Shown here piece after piece: positions 1-10,438 of a stretch of 64,000 bases of DNA. The translations under genes and the position numbers were made by a program. The first letter of the stretch is position 1; each line of letters opens with the position of its first letter. Source of the DNA: Minisyncoccota bacterium (GTDB lineage Bacteria; Patescibacteriota; Minisyncoccia; Phycocordibacterales; CAJBRS01); the NCBI GenBank assembly GCA_017881075.1, contig JADGRH010000006.1:48154-112153 (forward strand), given 5' to 3'. The notes beneath the pieces were generated by a model. The model searched no databases. It had not been told where the DNA came from and was given only the letters and a program-made list of their open reading frames with translations.

Positions 1-2
1 TT

Positions 3-260
3 GTCACCGAGGTCGGCCCGGCCGTAAATCTTCTCTCCGGCCTTCGCAAGATACAATATAAAAAATTCTTATTTTACGAGATTTTGGGTGAAATTACCGA
101 CGTTCTTCTTTACTCTCTCGGTGGTTTCATTTTCGGCAAGGCTTGGCTCTATATATATCCGGTTTTGAATAAAGTTTGGATTTTAATTGTACTTCTCTGG
201 ATTGGTTTTTATTTTTATCAGAAGAGTAAAAAGAAAAAACAAAAAAATACCCTTATCTAA
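3..260 (+). CDS. 3' end of a membrane protein gene (DedA-like C-terminus), truncated by window start
   Basis: Frame-3 translation gives a hydrophobic ...LFYEILGEITDVLLYSLGGFIFGKAWLYIYPVL... tail ending in a Lys-rich stretch and TAA at 258-260. Not in the ORF track because the 5' end is missing. Confidence 0.35.
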   Translation, partial: VTEVGPAVNLLSGLRKIQYKKFLFYEILGEITDVLLYSLGGFIFGKAWLYIYPVLNKVWILIVLLWIGFYFYQKSKKKKQKNTLI

Positions 261-975
261 TAGGTTCCCACACTTTTGAGAATGATTTGTTTAAGAAGAT
301 AACATGGGTTGTATTCATAAACCATTCAAAAAGTAGTCGCGGCCAACCAATACTATGAGCTCTTCGGCCACTATGATATACCGTCAGGTTCGGATCATAT
401 AATGTTCTGCCTATTTTTGAAAGACGGTAGAACATATCTGAATCTTCATGGGCAATAAGATCATTCCTGAAACCCCCAACTGATTGATAGGCCTCTTTCC
501 TTATCATTTGAAATTCTCCAGCCGCATCGCCGCGAGAAAAATAGTTATTCATCAATCGAAAATAATTGTTTAAAAAGCCGAAAAATATTTGATCCGATAA
601 GGTTTCATCTTTGGAAAAAACCTTAATCCCGGGTATTAAAGCTACCAATTTCTCATCATGCTGAAATCTCAATAGAGCTTGTGTTAGAAAAAGATTCGGA
701 TTTTCCAGCTGGCAATCAGCATCCATAAATACTAGGAATTCTCCATTGGCTTTTTCTGCCCCAGCATTCCTTCCGGCTGAAATGGTTTGACGAATATTTT
801 CTGAATAAAACACAACCTTATCGGCATATTTCCGGGCAATAGCCAGAGTGCCGTCGGAGCTTTTACCGTCCGAGACAATAATCTGGTGAGAGATGGTTAA
901 GTCTTTCTTTAGAGTAAGAAGAGTGGACTTCAGAACTTTCTCTTCGTTCAGGGTGGGAATGATAATTGAGATCAT
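253..975 (-). CDS. glycosyltransferase family 2
   Basis: N-terminal IIIPTLNEE motif and DxD-like FMDADCQ motif typical of GT2 (GT-A fold). Confidence 0.8.
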   Translation of the reverse strand: MISIIIPTLNEEKVLKSTLLTLKKDLTISHQIIVSDGKSSDGTLAIARKYADKVVFYSENIRQTISAGRNAGAEKANGEFLVFMDADCQLENPNLFLTQALLRFQHDEKLVALIPGIKVFSKDETLSDQIFFGFLNNYFRLMNNYFSRGDAAGEFQMIRKEAYQSVGGFRNDLIAHEDSDMFYRLSKIGRTLYDPNLTVYHSGRRAHSIGWPRLLFEWFMNTTHVIFLNKSFSKVWEPIR

Positions 976-1553
976 ATTGAATAAGCTTTAGTCAGTCGTC
1001 CTTTCAAATATTTTCCAAAGCCAAATAAAGCCAGAAACACAACTATAATCATAGCAACTATGGAGAATTTCCCAATGATGTTATCAACATGCACGTAAGC
1101 CTCGCCAAGATAGTAGCCAACTGACAAGAGAAGCCCCGTCCAAATGAATTCACCGATAAAATTAAGTAGGGCATAACGTTTGAAAGGAATTTTAACCATT
1201 CCGGCCGTAAAAAGAGTGACCACAGCAAAACCGAACCCTGTGGTCAACTTAGAGATTATTAAAATCTTATTGTGGTGTTCATGATAGAGTTTTTCTACTA
1301 TAGCAACCCCCTCTTCGGTAATACTAAAAAACCGGCCGAATTTTTTTGTAAAACGATTTCCAAAATGGTAGCCGATCCAATACCAAACAATGTCCCCCGC
1401 AAAATCTGAAATAACCAGGCATAGATAGAGGGGCAGAAAACTGAAATAACCAAGACGAAGGAGCAGTCCGGAGACCATCATCACTAAAGGCCCTTCGATT
1501 AATGTCAGAGGAGCAAGAATAAAATATTTGTAATGAAGAATGAGGGCAATCAT
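972..1553 (-). CDS. DedA/SNARE-associated (VTT domain) membrane protein
   Basis: Polytopic membrane protein with an LIEGPLVMMVSG...GYHFG pattern resembling the DedA family. Overlaps the neighbouring GT2 genes, consistent with an operon. Confidence 0.65.
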   Translation of the reverse strand: MIALILHYKYFILAPLTLIEGPLVMMVSGLLLRLGYFSFLPLYLCLVISDFAGDIVWYWIGYHFGNRFTKKFGRFFSITEEGVAIVEKLYHEHHNKILIISKLTTGFGFAVVTLFTAGMVKIPFKRYALLNFIGEFIWTGLLLSVGYYLGEAYVHVDNIIGKFSIVAMIIVVFLALFGFGKYLKGRLTKAYSI

Positions 1554-2251
1554 GAATTCTTGGGTTTAGTGGTTGAGAATGAAACCTTAAAGAAATGGAA
1601 GAAATACAAAAAAGTAATTCTCGAAATACCTTCCTCTCTAAGCCTTCTGGCCGATGTCCTCATCAGTAGATTTCTATCAAATACAATCCTTCCTGTGGCG
1701 GAAATCCTTTTAGCCGTATCGGTGCCATCTCCATAAAAAGTAAAGGAGGTGTCGTATCCCTGGATTTTTTCCAAAGCCATAGCTCTGAAGAGGACATTGC
1801 CTTCTATAATCATACCTCTTTTCAACGGCTGACACATCTTATGACATAAAAAATAGATATTTTTTTGAAACCATAATGAAAATCGGCGAAAGATTTTTGG
1901 AGCATCGTAATAATCATAAGGGCCCGTGACGGCCGAGACTCTCCAATCACTGAAAGGTTTGATCCCATTTGAAAGCCATGTTTTTTCTGGTAAACAATCC
2001 GCGTCCACATTAGCGATAATCTCGCCTTCTGCCTCTTTACGCCCTCGTTCGCGAGCCCAGAGAGTCCCTTTTTTTAATTCGTTGAGCACTTTTATCGGGA
2101 AAGTTCTGGCAATTTTTTCAGTCTTGTCCGTGCATGAATTACAGACAACAAGAACTTCAAAATCCGGGTAATCCTGCCTCAAAACCGCCTTCAGAGTTTC
2201 TCCGATATATTTCTCTTCGTTGTGGGCTGGAATGACTACGGATATTTTCAT
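1550..2251 (-). CDS. glycosyltransferase family 2
   Basis: VVIPAHNEEKYIGETL...NVDADC motifs typical of GT2. Confidence 0.8.
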   Translation of the reverse strand: MKISVVIPAHNEEKYIGETLKAVLRQDYPDFEVLVVCNSCTDKTEKIARTFPIKVLNELKKGTLWARERGRKEAEGEIIANVDADCLPEKTWLSNGIKPFSDWRVSAVTGPYDYYDAPKIFRRFSLWFQKNIYFLCHKMCQPLKRGMIIEGNVLFRAMALEKIQGYDTSFTFYGDGTDTAKRISATGRIVFDRNLLMRTSARRLREEGISRITFLYFFHFFKVSFSTTKPKNS

Positions 2252-2265
2252 GATATTATTATCTC

Positions 2266-2913
2266 ATGAACTTCCATACCTTAATAACTACTTATCGAAA
2301 TTTTTGGACCAGAGAGAGAGCAGTCTCTTTTTTCAAGGGGGTTTTGTTGTTTATTGTGGCCTTATTCATTGAAGGATATGCGGATGGTTATGTTAGCCGG
2401 TTAAGTGGATTGTCGGTAGATGACCTTATTTTAAGCCATATTCCGACAATAGATATAGACATCATTATCATTATGGGACCACTCGCTCTCACCTTTCTTA
2501 TTTTGTTGTTATTAATTTTCCAGCCAAGATACATCAATTTTACTTTAAAGACCTTAGCTGTGTTCATCATCATTCGATCATTTTTCATCAGTCTTACTCA
2601 CCTCGGCGTTGACCCTCACCAACTTCAAATTGACACCTCAAGTGTCGGCTTTGGACTTTATAATTTTCTTTACAATACTAAAGGAGATTTTTTCTTCTCC
2701 GGACATACCGGCATTCCGTTTTTAATGTCTCTTATTTTTTGGGAAGAAAAGACATGGCGATATGTTTTCCTCGCCACGTCCGTTCTACTTGGCGTGAGCG
2801 TCCTTCTCGCCCACATTCATTATTCCATTGATGTCTTTGCCGCGCCATTTATGGCCTTCGGCATTTTTTCAATCTCTAAATTTTTATTTCCAAAAGATTT
2901 TAGTGCAATATAA
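2266..2913 (+). CDS. PAP2-superfamily-like membrane protein
   Basis: Multi-TM protein with FFSGHTG and AHIHYSIDV motifs matching PAP2 phosphatase motifs C2 (PSGH) and C3 (SRxxxxxHxxxD). Confidence 0.5.
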   Translation: MNFHTLITTYRNFWTRERAVSFFKGVLLFIVALFIEGYADGYVSRLSGLSVDDLILSHIPTIDIDIIIIMGPLALTFLILLLLIFQPRYINFTLKTLAVFIIIRSFFISLTHLGVDPHQLQIDTSSVGFGLYNFLYNTKGDFFFSGHTGIPFLMSLIFWEEKTWRYVFLATSVLLGVSVLLAHIHYSIDVFAAPFMAFGIFSISKFLFPKDFSAI

Positions 2914-2958
2914 ATTCCGCCCCTTTACATTATTCTCATGATTCTTTAATCTAGATAG

Positions 2959-4449
2959 ATGAAGAAAGACCCCTTTTTTGAAAAAATGGCAAATCTGGGT
3001 TTAGCCCTCACTTATGATGATGTTCGCCTGCGTTCCGGCTATTCGGAAACTGATCCGCGAGATGTTTTGATCGAGAGTTTCTTTAGTAAAAATATTCCCC
3101 TGCACTGTCCTATTGTCAGTGCCCCAATGGATACGGTTACCGAAAGCAAGATGGCAATTGCCATGGCTAAGCTTGGCGGTTTAGGCATTATTCACAAAGG
3201 TCTCACTCCCGAGATCCAATCAAATCATGTCAAAAAAGTAAAACTTCACCTGAATGGCTTGATAGAAAAACCAATCACTGTAAAAGCGGATGATATCGTT
3301 GGAGCAATTGAAGAAAGACAACAAAATAAAGACTACGGTTTTCACAGTTTCCCGGTAGTGGATGAGGGTGGAAAATTAATCGGCCTGATTAGCCGCAACG
3401 ATTTTGATCTGAATAATGATAAAAGTCTCCGCGCCAGAGATATCATGACAGTTCTCGCGGAATTAATCACTGCTCCGGTAAACACTTCTCTGGAAGAAGC
3501 GTACTCTATTTTGAAACAGGCTCGGAAAAAAATACTGCCCCTCATCAACGATAAAACCGAACTTACTGGTTTGTATGTTTTCTCCGATGTTAATCGGCTT
3601 TTAACTGATAGTTCCAGTCTTTATAATGTCGATAAATCGGGACATTTACGCGTTGGGGCAGCCGTTGGCACCGGAAATGCTGAAATTGAAAGAGCTTCTC
3701 TTCTAGTGAGAGCGGGAGTTGATGTTTTAGTTATCGATACCGCTCACGGTGACTCCAAGAATGTTTACGAAACTTTGAAAACATTAAAACAATCGCACCC
3801 TAAAGTTGATATTGTGGTTGGAAATGTTTCGGAAGGAGAATCGGCCAAACGGCTTGTTGATGCCGGAGCTGATGGCATCAAAATTGGACAAGGGCCGGGT
3901 TCTATTTGCACCACTCGAATTATTGCTGGCATCGGCTGTCCCCAAGTGACAGCTGTCTATAATTGCGCCAAGGCCGTTCGTGGCTCCGGTGTTCCGGTCT
4001 GCGCCGACGGCGGCATTAAAAATTCCGGCGACATTACCATCGCCCTTGGCCTTGGCGCCCATTCGGTAATGCTTGGCCGAGTCTTGGCTGGCACAACAGA
4101 GACTCCCGGGGAAATACGGCTCACTGCCCAGGGCCGGATGAAAATTTACCGGGGTATGGGATCTCTTGGAGCAATGCAATCTAGTCGAACGGCACGAGAG
4201 CGTTACCGCCAAGGAGAAGACGATATTAAGAAGCTGGTGCCTGAAGGAATAGAGAGTGTGGTGTCCTATCAAGGAGATCTTGCCAACGTTCTTTTTAAAC
4301 AAATTGGTGGATTACGAAGTGGTATGGGCTATGTTGGCGCTAAAACGATTGCGGAACTCCAAGAAAAAGCAGACTTCCATCGTCTATCCGGTGCCGGCAT
4401 GATAGAATCACATCCTCACGATGTTACTATTATAGATTCTGCTCAATAA
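2959..4449 (+). CDS. guaB: inosine-5'-monophosphate dehydrogenase
   Basis: IMPDH catalytic TIM barrel with GSICTTR active-site loop and a tandem CBS insert; 496 aa. Confidence 0.95.
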   Translation: MKKDPFFEKMANLGLALTYDDVRLRSGYSETDPRDVLIESFFSKNIPLHCPIVSAPMDTVTESKMAIAMAKLGGLGIIHKGLTPEIQSNHVKKVKLHLNGLIEKPITVKADDIVGAIEERQQNKDYGFHSFPVVDEGGKLIGLISRNDFDLNNDKSLRARDIMTVLAELITAPVNTSLEEAYSILKQARKKILPLINDKTELTGLYVFSDVNRLLTDSSSLYNVDKSGHLRVGAAVGTGNAEIERASLLVRAGVDVLVIDTAHGDSKNVYETLKTLKQSHPKVDIVVGNVSEGESAKRLVDAGADGIKIGQGPGSICTTRIIAGIGCPQVTAVYNCAKAVRGSGVPVCADGGIKNSGDITIALGLGAHSVMLGRVLAGTTETPGEIRLTAQGRMKIYRGMGSLGAMQSSRTARERYRQGEDDIKKLVPEGIESVVSYQGDLANVLFKQIGGLRSGMGYVGAKTIAELQEKADFHRLSGAGMIESHPHDVTIIDSAQ

Positions 4450-4463
4450 ATCCGAACAATACA

Positions 4464-5972
4464 GTGAGTTCGTCACCAAAAAATTATCAGCAATTACTTG
4501 TTGGAGTAAAGACTCTGGCTGTTGTCTGCAATCAGTGGGGCGACACCGGCAAGGGAAAATTTGTGGATGTTTTTGCTGAATGGGCCGACATCATTGCCCG
4601 CGGTACCGGCGGAGCTAATGCCGGGCATACAATTTCCCTCAACGGCAAAGAAAATATCTTCCATCTTGTTCCATCCGGTATTCTGCATGATGGAGATGGC
4701 AAGATAAATATCATCGGTAGTGGTGTTGCCCTTGATCCGAAGGTTGTTTGTGAGGAGTTGGATATGTTAAAAGAGGAAGGTTTGAGCTATAAAAATTTGA
4801 AGATCTCCAAAAATGCCAAGTTGGTTCTGCCACAGCACCTGGTAATGGATAGAGCCAGAGACACGATTGTGGATGGAAAGATCGGCACTACTGGCCGAGG
4901 CATTGGACCGGTTTACGAAGATTATGTGGCCAGAATTGGGCTAACAATTAATGATCTTTTGAATAAAGATATCTTTGTTAAAAAACTGAAGCGCAACCTG
5001 CGCGACAAAATAATGTTTTTAAAATTGGCTGACCAAGAAATTATTAAAAATATCATGCAGCATGAGCATCTTAGTAAAGGCCGTTACTGGAGTGCTGAAA
5101 ACATTTTTGATATTGATGCCATAACTCAAAATTATATGCGATATGGTGAGAGACTATCCGACATGATTGATGATACCGATACATATCTCCGAGAGGCTAT
5201 AGGCAAGAAGAATATTTTACTTGAAGGAGCTCAAGGAAATCTCTTGAGCGTTGATATCGGCACATATCCTTATGTGACATCATCGGATTGCTCCATTTCC
5301 AACTTAGTGAAAGGTGTGGGATTAAAAGAAAATGATGTTAACTTAACTCTTGGAATCGTTAAAGCCTATTATATGACTCGGGTGGGTGGTGGACCATTCC
5401 CTACAGAATTGGGGAGAGATAAATATGAAGAGCTATGCAGTAAAAGCGGCACGACAAAAGAAACAGAAAAGAAACAGTTTGGCCACCCGACAGTAAACGA
5501 AAAAGACGAATTCCTTCAAAGTATCGGCATCAGAATGGCGGGGGCAGAATATGGCGCAACCACTGGCCGACCACGCCGAATTGGCTGGCTTGATCTAGCG
5601 CTCTTGAGACATTCCGTAATTTATAGCGGTCCAAACGTCATTTTAACAAAACTGGATGTCTTAGATGAATGTAAAGAAATTAAAATTTGCCATGCATATG
5701 AATATGTAGGCGCACCGTATCGAGTAGGCAAGATTACTCTAAAGAAAGGAGATCGAATTGACATCGCAATTATGGATAATGAAATAATGAAGAATTCAAA
5801 ACCGATTTACCAAACATTTCCCGGCTGGCAAAGCCCGCTCGGAGATATCAGAAATTTTGAAGATCTCCCCACGAACTTCAAAAACATCCTGAAGTTTGTG
5901 GCAGACCAGACCGGAATAAAAACCCGAGTCATCTCCGTCGGACCGGACCGAGATCAAAATATATTTATCTAA
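4464..5972 (+). CDS. purA: adenylosuccinate synthetase
   Basis: QWGDTGKGKFVD P-loop and GIGPVYEDK motifs. 502 aa, about 70 aa longer than typical PurA, with an internal insertion around KSGTTKETEKKQ. Confidence 0.93.
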   Translation: MSSSPKNYQQLLVGVKTLAVVCNQWGDTGKGKFVDVFAEWADIIARGTGGANAGHTISLNGKENIFHLVPSGILHDGDGKINIIGSGVALDPKVVCEELDMLKEEGLSYKNLKISKNAKLVLPQHLVMDRARDTIVDGKIGTTGRGIGPVYEDYVARIGLTINDLLNKDIFVKKLKRNLRDKIMFLKLADQEIIKNIMQHEHLSKGRYWSAENIFDIDAITQNYMRYGERLSDMIDDTDTYLREAIGKKNILLEGAQGNLLSVDIGTYPYVTSSDCSISNLVKGVGLKENDVNLTLGIVKAYYMTRVGGGPFPTELGRDKYEELCSKSGTTKETEKKQFGHPTVNEKDEFLQSIGIRMAGAEYGATTGRPRRIGWLDLALLRHSVIYSGPNVILTKLDVLDECKEIKICHAYEYVGAPYRVGKITLKKGDRIDIAIMDNEIMKNSKPIYQTFPGWQSPLGDIRNFEDLPTNFKNILKFVADQTGIKTRVISVGPDRDQNIFI

Positions 5973-6438
5973 TTCCACTATCGAATTGAATGTTTAGGTG
6001 AGAAAATGTATTGGCTTTGACCACTACTGATTGAGGCGACATGCTGGGCAGACCAGACTTGTTTGCTTGGCGAATTTCATAATTGCCCGGCGAGAGATTT
6101 ATTGTAAATTTACCATTACTATCCGACTTAAGTGTATTGATTAACGTCTCCACTCCGTCTCCTGGACCAGCTTTGGAATAGAGATTGAAGGTGGCGGAAT
6201 AAGGTTTATCTTCACATCCAGGTCGTGTCGGACCAGCGCATGTGGGACCGATGGTAACAGTACCTGTTATACCCGAATCCGTAGAGATTGGCGTTGGCGT
6301 TGGGGTTGTGGAGGTGGCAACCGGAGGAATAGTCTCGTTCACATTAGAAACATCCTGATTCTTCACTGAAGTAGTAATGTACCAGACAATGGCCAAAACA
6401 ATGATAATAACAACAATCCATATAATTTTTTTATTCAT
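5965..6438 (-). CDS. hypothetical secreted/membrane-anchored protein with Thr/Pro-rich linker
   Basis: N-terminal TM helix, TTPTPTP linker, then a small beta-rich domain. Confidence 0.45.
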   Translation of the reverse strand: MNKKIIWIVVIIIVLAIVWYITTSVKNQDVSNVNETIPPVATSTTPTPTPISTDSGITGTVTIGPTCAGPTRPGCEDKPYSATFNLYSKAGPGDGVETLINTLKSDSNGKFTINLSPGNYEIRQANKSGLPSMSPQSVVVKANTFSHLNIQFDSGIR

Positions 6439-6983
6439 ATTCTTAATTTATATATTAAATTCCCCATCGAGACAATAGATATCGATTTCATATATCGACC
6501 TGCTTCAAATATGCCAAAGAATGCTCCTGTGTAGAATAGATCTCCAAAAAGAGAATTCTTAAAAAATGGGATAGCCATAGTATAAGACTCCACAAGGCCC
6601 TGCCATGAATGAACATACATAGTCCCGAACTGCCATACAGCCCAATTGGTAACTAAAAAGAAAACGAGAGATGAGCTAATTGTTAATACAATTGTCGAGC
6701 CAATGGTCTTATTTTTCTGAAGATACATGCCCAATAATCCGGCAAGGACGAGACTGCCGTATACAGAAAGCATAATTGGCCAAGAATAAAAACCAATAAT
6801 TGCATCGCTTATTAACATCAGACCAATGATTGTTGGAATTGAATATCTTATTCCAAAATATGCAGAAATAAAAAGTGCGATTGCCGTTACGGGTGTTACA
6901 TTTGCCGCATGAGAAATAAGCCTCATCACTACGCCGAGAATTATTAAAGCAATTAAACTATAAAATATATTTTTCTTAGACAT
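6435..6983 (-). CDS. small polytopic membrane protein, candidate ECF-transporter S component (possibly cobalamin-specific)
   Basis: 182 aa, about 5-6 TM helices. Translationally coupled to the downstream DUF4430 gene and adjacent to the B12-dependent RNR and adenosyltransferase genes. Call is by size, topology and context only. Confidence 0.4.
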   Translation of the reverse strand: MSKKNIFYSLIALIILGVVMRLISHAANVTPVTAIALFISAYFGIRYSIPTIIGLMLISDAIIGFYSWPIMLSVYGSLVLAGLLGMYLQKNKTIGSTIVLTISSSLVFFLVTNWAVWQFGTMYVHSWQGLVESYTMAIPFFKNSLFGDLFYTGAFFGIFEAGRYMKSISIVSMGNLIYKLRI

Positions 6984-7435
6984 TATTGTTGACCTTGAAT
7001 AAATTTAAACTCAACCACATCACCTTTCTGAATTTTATATGTGCTTGCTCCGATTTGACTATATTTATCGTTTACCCAATACTGCCACCAACTTTTTCCG
7101 GAAGGATCTTTGCCTACACCCCCAATTGAATCAATAAATACTCCGAGCTCTCCTCCATAATCCTTATATTTTAAATCAATCTTATTTTTGTCAGCGGCCT
7201 GCTTCAAAACATCGAAGACAGTTGCTCCGTTTGTAATTACAAGATCATTGTATGTCCCTACCTTGCCATTACCGTAATCAACCATCAGGTTTGCTGTTGT
7301 CGCCTGGGTCTGGTTTTGGCTAATTGCTTTAGTGTCCGGGGCCTTATACCCTCTCCCAACTGAAATACCCAACAAAAACACAGCGGCGATAATGACCAAC
7401 CTCCCAATATATGTTAGGAATCTGTTATTTTGCAT
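6983..7435 (-). CDS. DUF4430-domain exported protein (transcobalamin-like beta-domain family)
   Basis: Signal/TM start followed by GATVFDVLKQA...GGELGVFIDSIGG...WQYWVND...KGDVVEF, characteristic of DUF4430. Confidence 0.65.
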   Translation of the reverse strand: MQNNRFLTYIGRLVIIAAVFLLGISVGRGYKAPDTKAISQNQTQATTANLMVDYGNGKVGTYNDLVITNGATVFDVLKQAADKNKIDLKYKDYGGELGVFIDSIGGVGKDPSGKSWWQYWVNDKYSQIGASTYKIQKGDVVEFKFIQGQQ

Positions 7436-7580
7436 AGATGGTTAGGCTAAAAGTGGAGTTTCAAATTGACATCCAGCAAGAGCTGATGCGCAACATACAT
7501 TTTACCCCTTTTTTCTTTGAATCACCGCCTTTGATTGATATACTAATTTAGTAATAATTAACTACTTAAGAATATCACCT

Positions 7581-9896
7581 ATGGCAACCAAAAGGAATGC
7601 CCGAATTGTCGAAGTAATAATTAAAAACATTCAAAAAAGAGACGATTCGATTGTTCCTTTTGATATTCAAAGAATAATTACTGCGGTTAACAAAGCGATG
7701 ATCGCTGCAAGTGAAGGTTCTCTTAAAGAAGCGGAGTCGGTGGCAAATAAAGTATACACCGATGTCCTGCATATAACTAAAAAGTATAAAAACTTTGTTC
7801 CGACGGTTGAAGGCATACAGGATACGGTGGAAAAAGAGCTTATTTTGTCCGAATATGTCCAAACCGCCAAGACTTACATCCTCTACCGAGAAAAACGATC
7901 CAAGCTCCGGGCAAAAGGATTGCGTGTTCCTCCAAAAGTAAGAAAGTTAGCAGAAGAAAGCAAGAAATATTTTAGAAATTCTCTTGGAGAGTTTGTATAT
8001 TATCGTACTTACTCGCGTTGGATTACCGAAGAGGGTCGCCGAGAGACGTGGATCGAAACAGTAGACCGTTACATTTCATTCATGAAAGAGAATTTGGGCA
8101 ATAAACTAAAAGAATCAGAATATAAAGAGATTCGGGAAGGAATTCTCAACCAAGAAGCAATGCCCTCAATGAGACTTCTGCAGTTTGCCGGCCACGCCGC
8201 CCGAAAGACAAGTGTCTGCGCATATAATTGTTCATACATTGCTCCTGAAAAATTTCAAGATCTAGCTGAAATTATGTATATCTCTATGTGCGGTACTGGT
8301 ACTGGATGGTCTGTAGAAAGCCAGAATATTCAAAAGTTTCCACAAATTAATCTGCAGAGTGGTAAGAAGCTTCCGATCCATATAATTCCTGACAATAAAG
8401 AAGGTTGGGCAGATGCGTTGACTCTTGGAATGAATGCATGGGCTCTGGGTCAAGAGATTGATTTTGATTATTCCCTGCTTCGTCCTGCAGGCACAAGATT
8501 GGAAACTATGGGAGGTAAAGCCTCCGGTCCCGAACCTCTGCGACGACTGCTTACATTTACCCGAGAAAAGATGCTCGCTCGACAAGGCAGAAGGCTTCGC
8601 AATATTGATATTCACGACATTATCTGCATGATTGGCGATTGCGTCGTCTCGGGAGGTGTCCGCAGAAGCGCCATGATTTCCCTATCAGACTTGGATGATA
8701 ACGATATTCGTGATGCCAAAAAGGGAGCATTTTATATGAATGATCCCCAAAGAATGTTAGCCAATAACTCTGCTGTATATATTCAAAAACCATCTAACAC
8801 CGAGTTTGTTGAGGAGTGGACTGCCCTTATGAAATCGGGCTCGGGTGAACGAGGTATTTTTAACAGGGGTTCGCTTGCCAATACACTGCCAGAGAGACGA
8901 ATTAAGGTGCTGAAAGAATATGAAGGATACTTTGATCCAACCGGCCAAAATATTATTGGATCTATTGGCACAAATCCTTGCGGCGAAATTATTTTACAAT
9001 CAAAACAATTTTGTAATTTATCGGAAGTAGTAGCACGAGCAGAAGACACCGAGAAATCTCTGCTTCGAAAGATTCGTCTGGCAACAATACTTGGAACATA
9101 TCAGGCAAGTCTTACCCATTTCCCTTATTTATCAAAAGAATGGAAAGAACATTGTGAAAAGGAAGCACTGCTTGGAGTCTCAGTCACCGGCCAGTGGGAT
9201 TGTCTAGCCGTAAGAAATGCAAAAACACTTGAAAAACTGAAGAAAGAAGTAATTAAAGTCAATCAGAAATATGCCAAAAAATTGGGAATCAACCCGTCAA
9301 CCTGCGCTACGGCAGTAAAGCCTTCTGGTAACCTTTCTCAAACAGTTGACTGTTCTTCCGGTATGCACCCTCGTCACGCACCTTACTACATTCGAAGAGT
9401 CCGGATCTCGGCAACCGATGCCTTGTTTAAGATGCTGAAAGATCAAGGGGTTCCCTATCATCCCGAAGTAGGCCAATCAAAGGACAACGCCACCACTTAT
9501 GTTCTGGAATTTCCAGTGAAAGCTCCCGATGGGTCGCTCTATAAAAATGATATTTCAGCCATAGATCAGCTTGAGCATTGGAAGTTGGTAAAGATAAATT
9601 ATACAGAGCATAATCCGTCCGTCACAGTTTCTGTCGGAGAAGATGAGTGGATTGAGGTGGCTAATTGGGTATATAAGAATTGGGACATTGTTGGTGGCCT
9701 TTCTTTCCTTCCTAGAGATAATCATGTCTATCAGCTTGCACCTTATGAAACAATTAATGAAAAGAAGTATCTTGAACTTTCAGAAAGGCTTATGCATATT
9801 GATTATTCCAAGATCATCACTTACGAGAAGACTGATGAGCTTGATATAAAAAAAGAATTAGCTTGTGTCGCTGGTGTCTGTGAGATTGCCTTGTAG
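7581..9896 (+). CDS. nrdJ: ribonucleoside-triphosphate/diphosphate reductase, class II (adenosylcobalamin-dependent), with N-terminal ATP-cone
   Basis: ATP-cone (VIKNIQKRDDSIVPFD...), the NPCGEI active-site motif, and a C-terminal Cys pair; 771 aa. Confidence 0.9.
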   Translation: MATKRNARIVEVIIKNIQKRDDSIVPFDIQRIITAVNKAMIAASEGSLKEAESVANKVYTDVLHITKKYKNFVPTVEGIQDTVEKELILSEYVQTAKTYILYREKRSKLRAKGLRVPPKVRKLAEESKKYFRNSLGEFVYYRTYSRWITEEGRRETWIETVDRYISFMKENLGNKLKESEYKEIREGILNQEAMPSMRLLQFAGHAARKTSVCAYNCSYIAPEKFQDLAEIMYISMCGTGTGWSVESQNIQKFPQINLQSGKKLPIHIIPDNKEGWADALTLGMNAWALGQEIDFDYSLLRPAGTRLETMGGKASGPEPLRRLLTFTREKMLARQGRRLRNIDIHDIICMIGDCVVSGGVRRSAMISLSDLDDNDIRDAKKGAFYMNDPQRMLANNSAVYIQKPSNTEFVEEWTALMKSGSGERGIFNRGSLANTLPERRIKVLKEYEGYFDPTGQNIIGSIGTNPCGEIILQSKQFCNLSEVVARAEDTEKSLLRKIRLATILGTYQASLTHFPYLSKEWKEHCEKEALLGVSVTGQWDCLAVRNAKTLEKLKKEVIKVNQKYAKKLGINPSTCATAVKPSGNLSQTVDCSSGMHPRHAPYYIRRVRISATDALFKMLKDQGVPYHPEVGQSKDNATTYVLEFPVKAPDGSLYKNDISAIDQLEHWKLVKINYTEHNPSVTVSVGEDEWIEVANWVYKNWDIVGGLSFLPRDNHVYQLAPYETINEKKYLELSERLMHIDYSKIITYEKTDELDIKKELACVAGVCEIAL

Positions 9897-9898
9897 CT

Positions 9899-10420
9899 AT
9901 GCTTATTATTTTTACCGGAAATGGCAAAGGCAAAACTACAGCTGCCTTAGGACAAGCTCTGCGGGCGGTAGGAGATGGTAAAAAGGTCCTAATGGTTCAA
10001 TTTATTAAAGGGCCATGGAAATCCGGTGAGGATAGCTCGTATCATAAATTAGAGCCTGATTTAAAAATTGTGAAAACCGGCAAAGGTTTTGTGGGCATTG
10101 GTAATGATACTCTGCCTTTTGAAGAGCATCGAAAAGCGGCTGAAGACGGCCTAAAATATGCGGATGAGGAGGCCTCGTCAAAAAAGTGGGATATCTTAAT
10201 ACTTGATGAGATATGGAATGCTCTCAAACTGAAGTTAATTAGTTCAGAAGCTATTCAGGACTTTATCAACAAGTATGTATCTACAATCGAACATCTTATA
10301 CTGACCGGCCGTGATTGCCCGCCAAAATTCATAGATCAAGCAAACCTCGTTACTGAAATGCGGGAAATTAAACATCCTTTTTCTGAAGGAATAAAAGGGA
10401 CAAAGGGTGTCGAGTACTAA
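9899..10420 (+). CDS. btuR: cob(I)yrinic acid a,c-diamide / corrinoid adenosyltransferase (CobA/BtuR/CobO type)
   Basis: IIFTGNGKGKTTAALGQALRAVGDGKKVLMVQFIKG P-loop signature of the CobA family. Start overlaps the nrdJ stop. Confidence 0.85.
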   Translation: MLIIFTGNGKGKTTAALGQALRAVGDGKKVLMVQFIKGPWKSGEDSSYHKLEPDLKIVKTGKGFVGIGNDTLPFEEHRKAAEDGLKYADEEASSKKWDILILDEIWNALKLKLISSEAIQDFINKYVSTIEHLILTGRDCPPKFIDQANLVTEMREIKHPFSEGIKGTKGVEY

Positions 10421-10438
10421 AGCTCGGGTTTGTTTCAA

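Noticed and set aside
1533-2251. Short plus-strand ORFs (1533-1736, 1926-2171) inside the second GT2 gene
   Set aside because: Antisense overlaps of a confidently assigned gene.
7436-7580. Possible cobalamin riboswitch upstream of the DUF4430 / S-component operon
   Set aside because: No B12-box (GCCACTG-like) or the characteristic GGTGC..AA.TCC segments could be found on either strand by eye. Left as a check, not a call.
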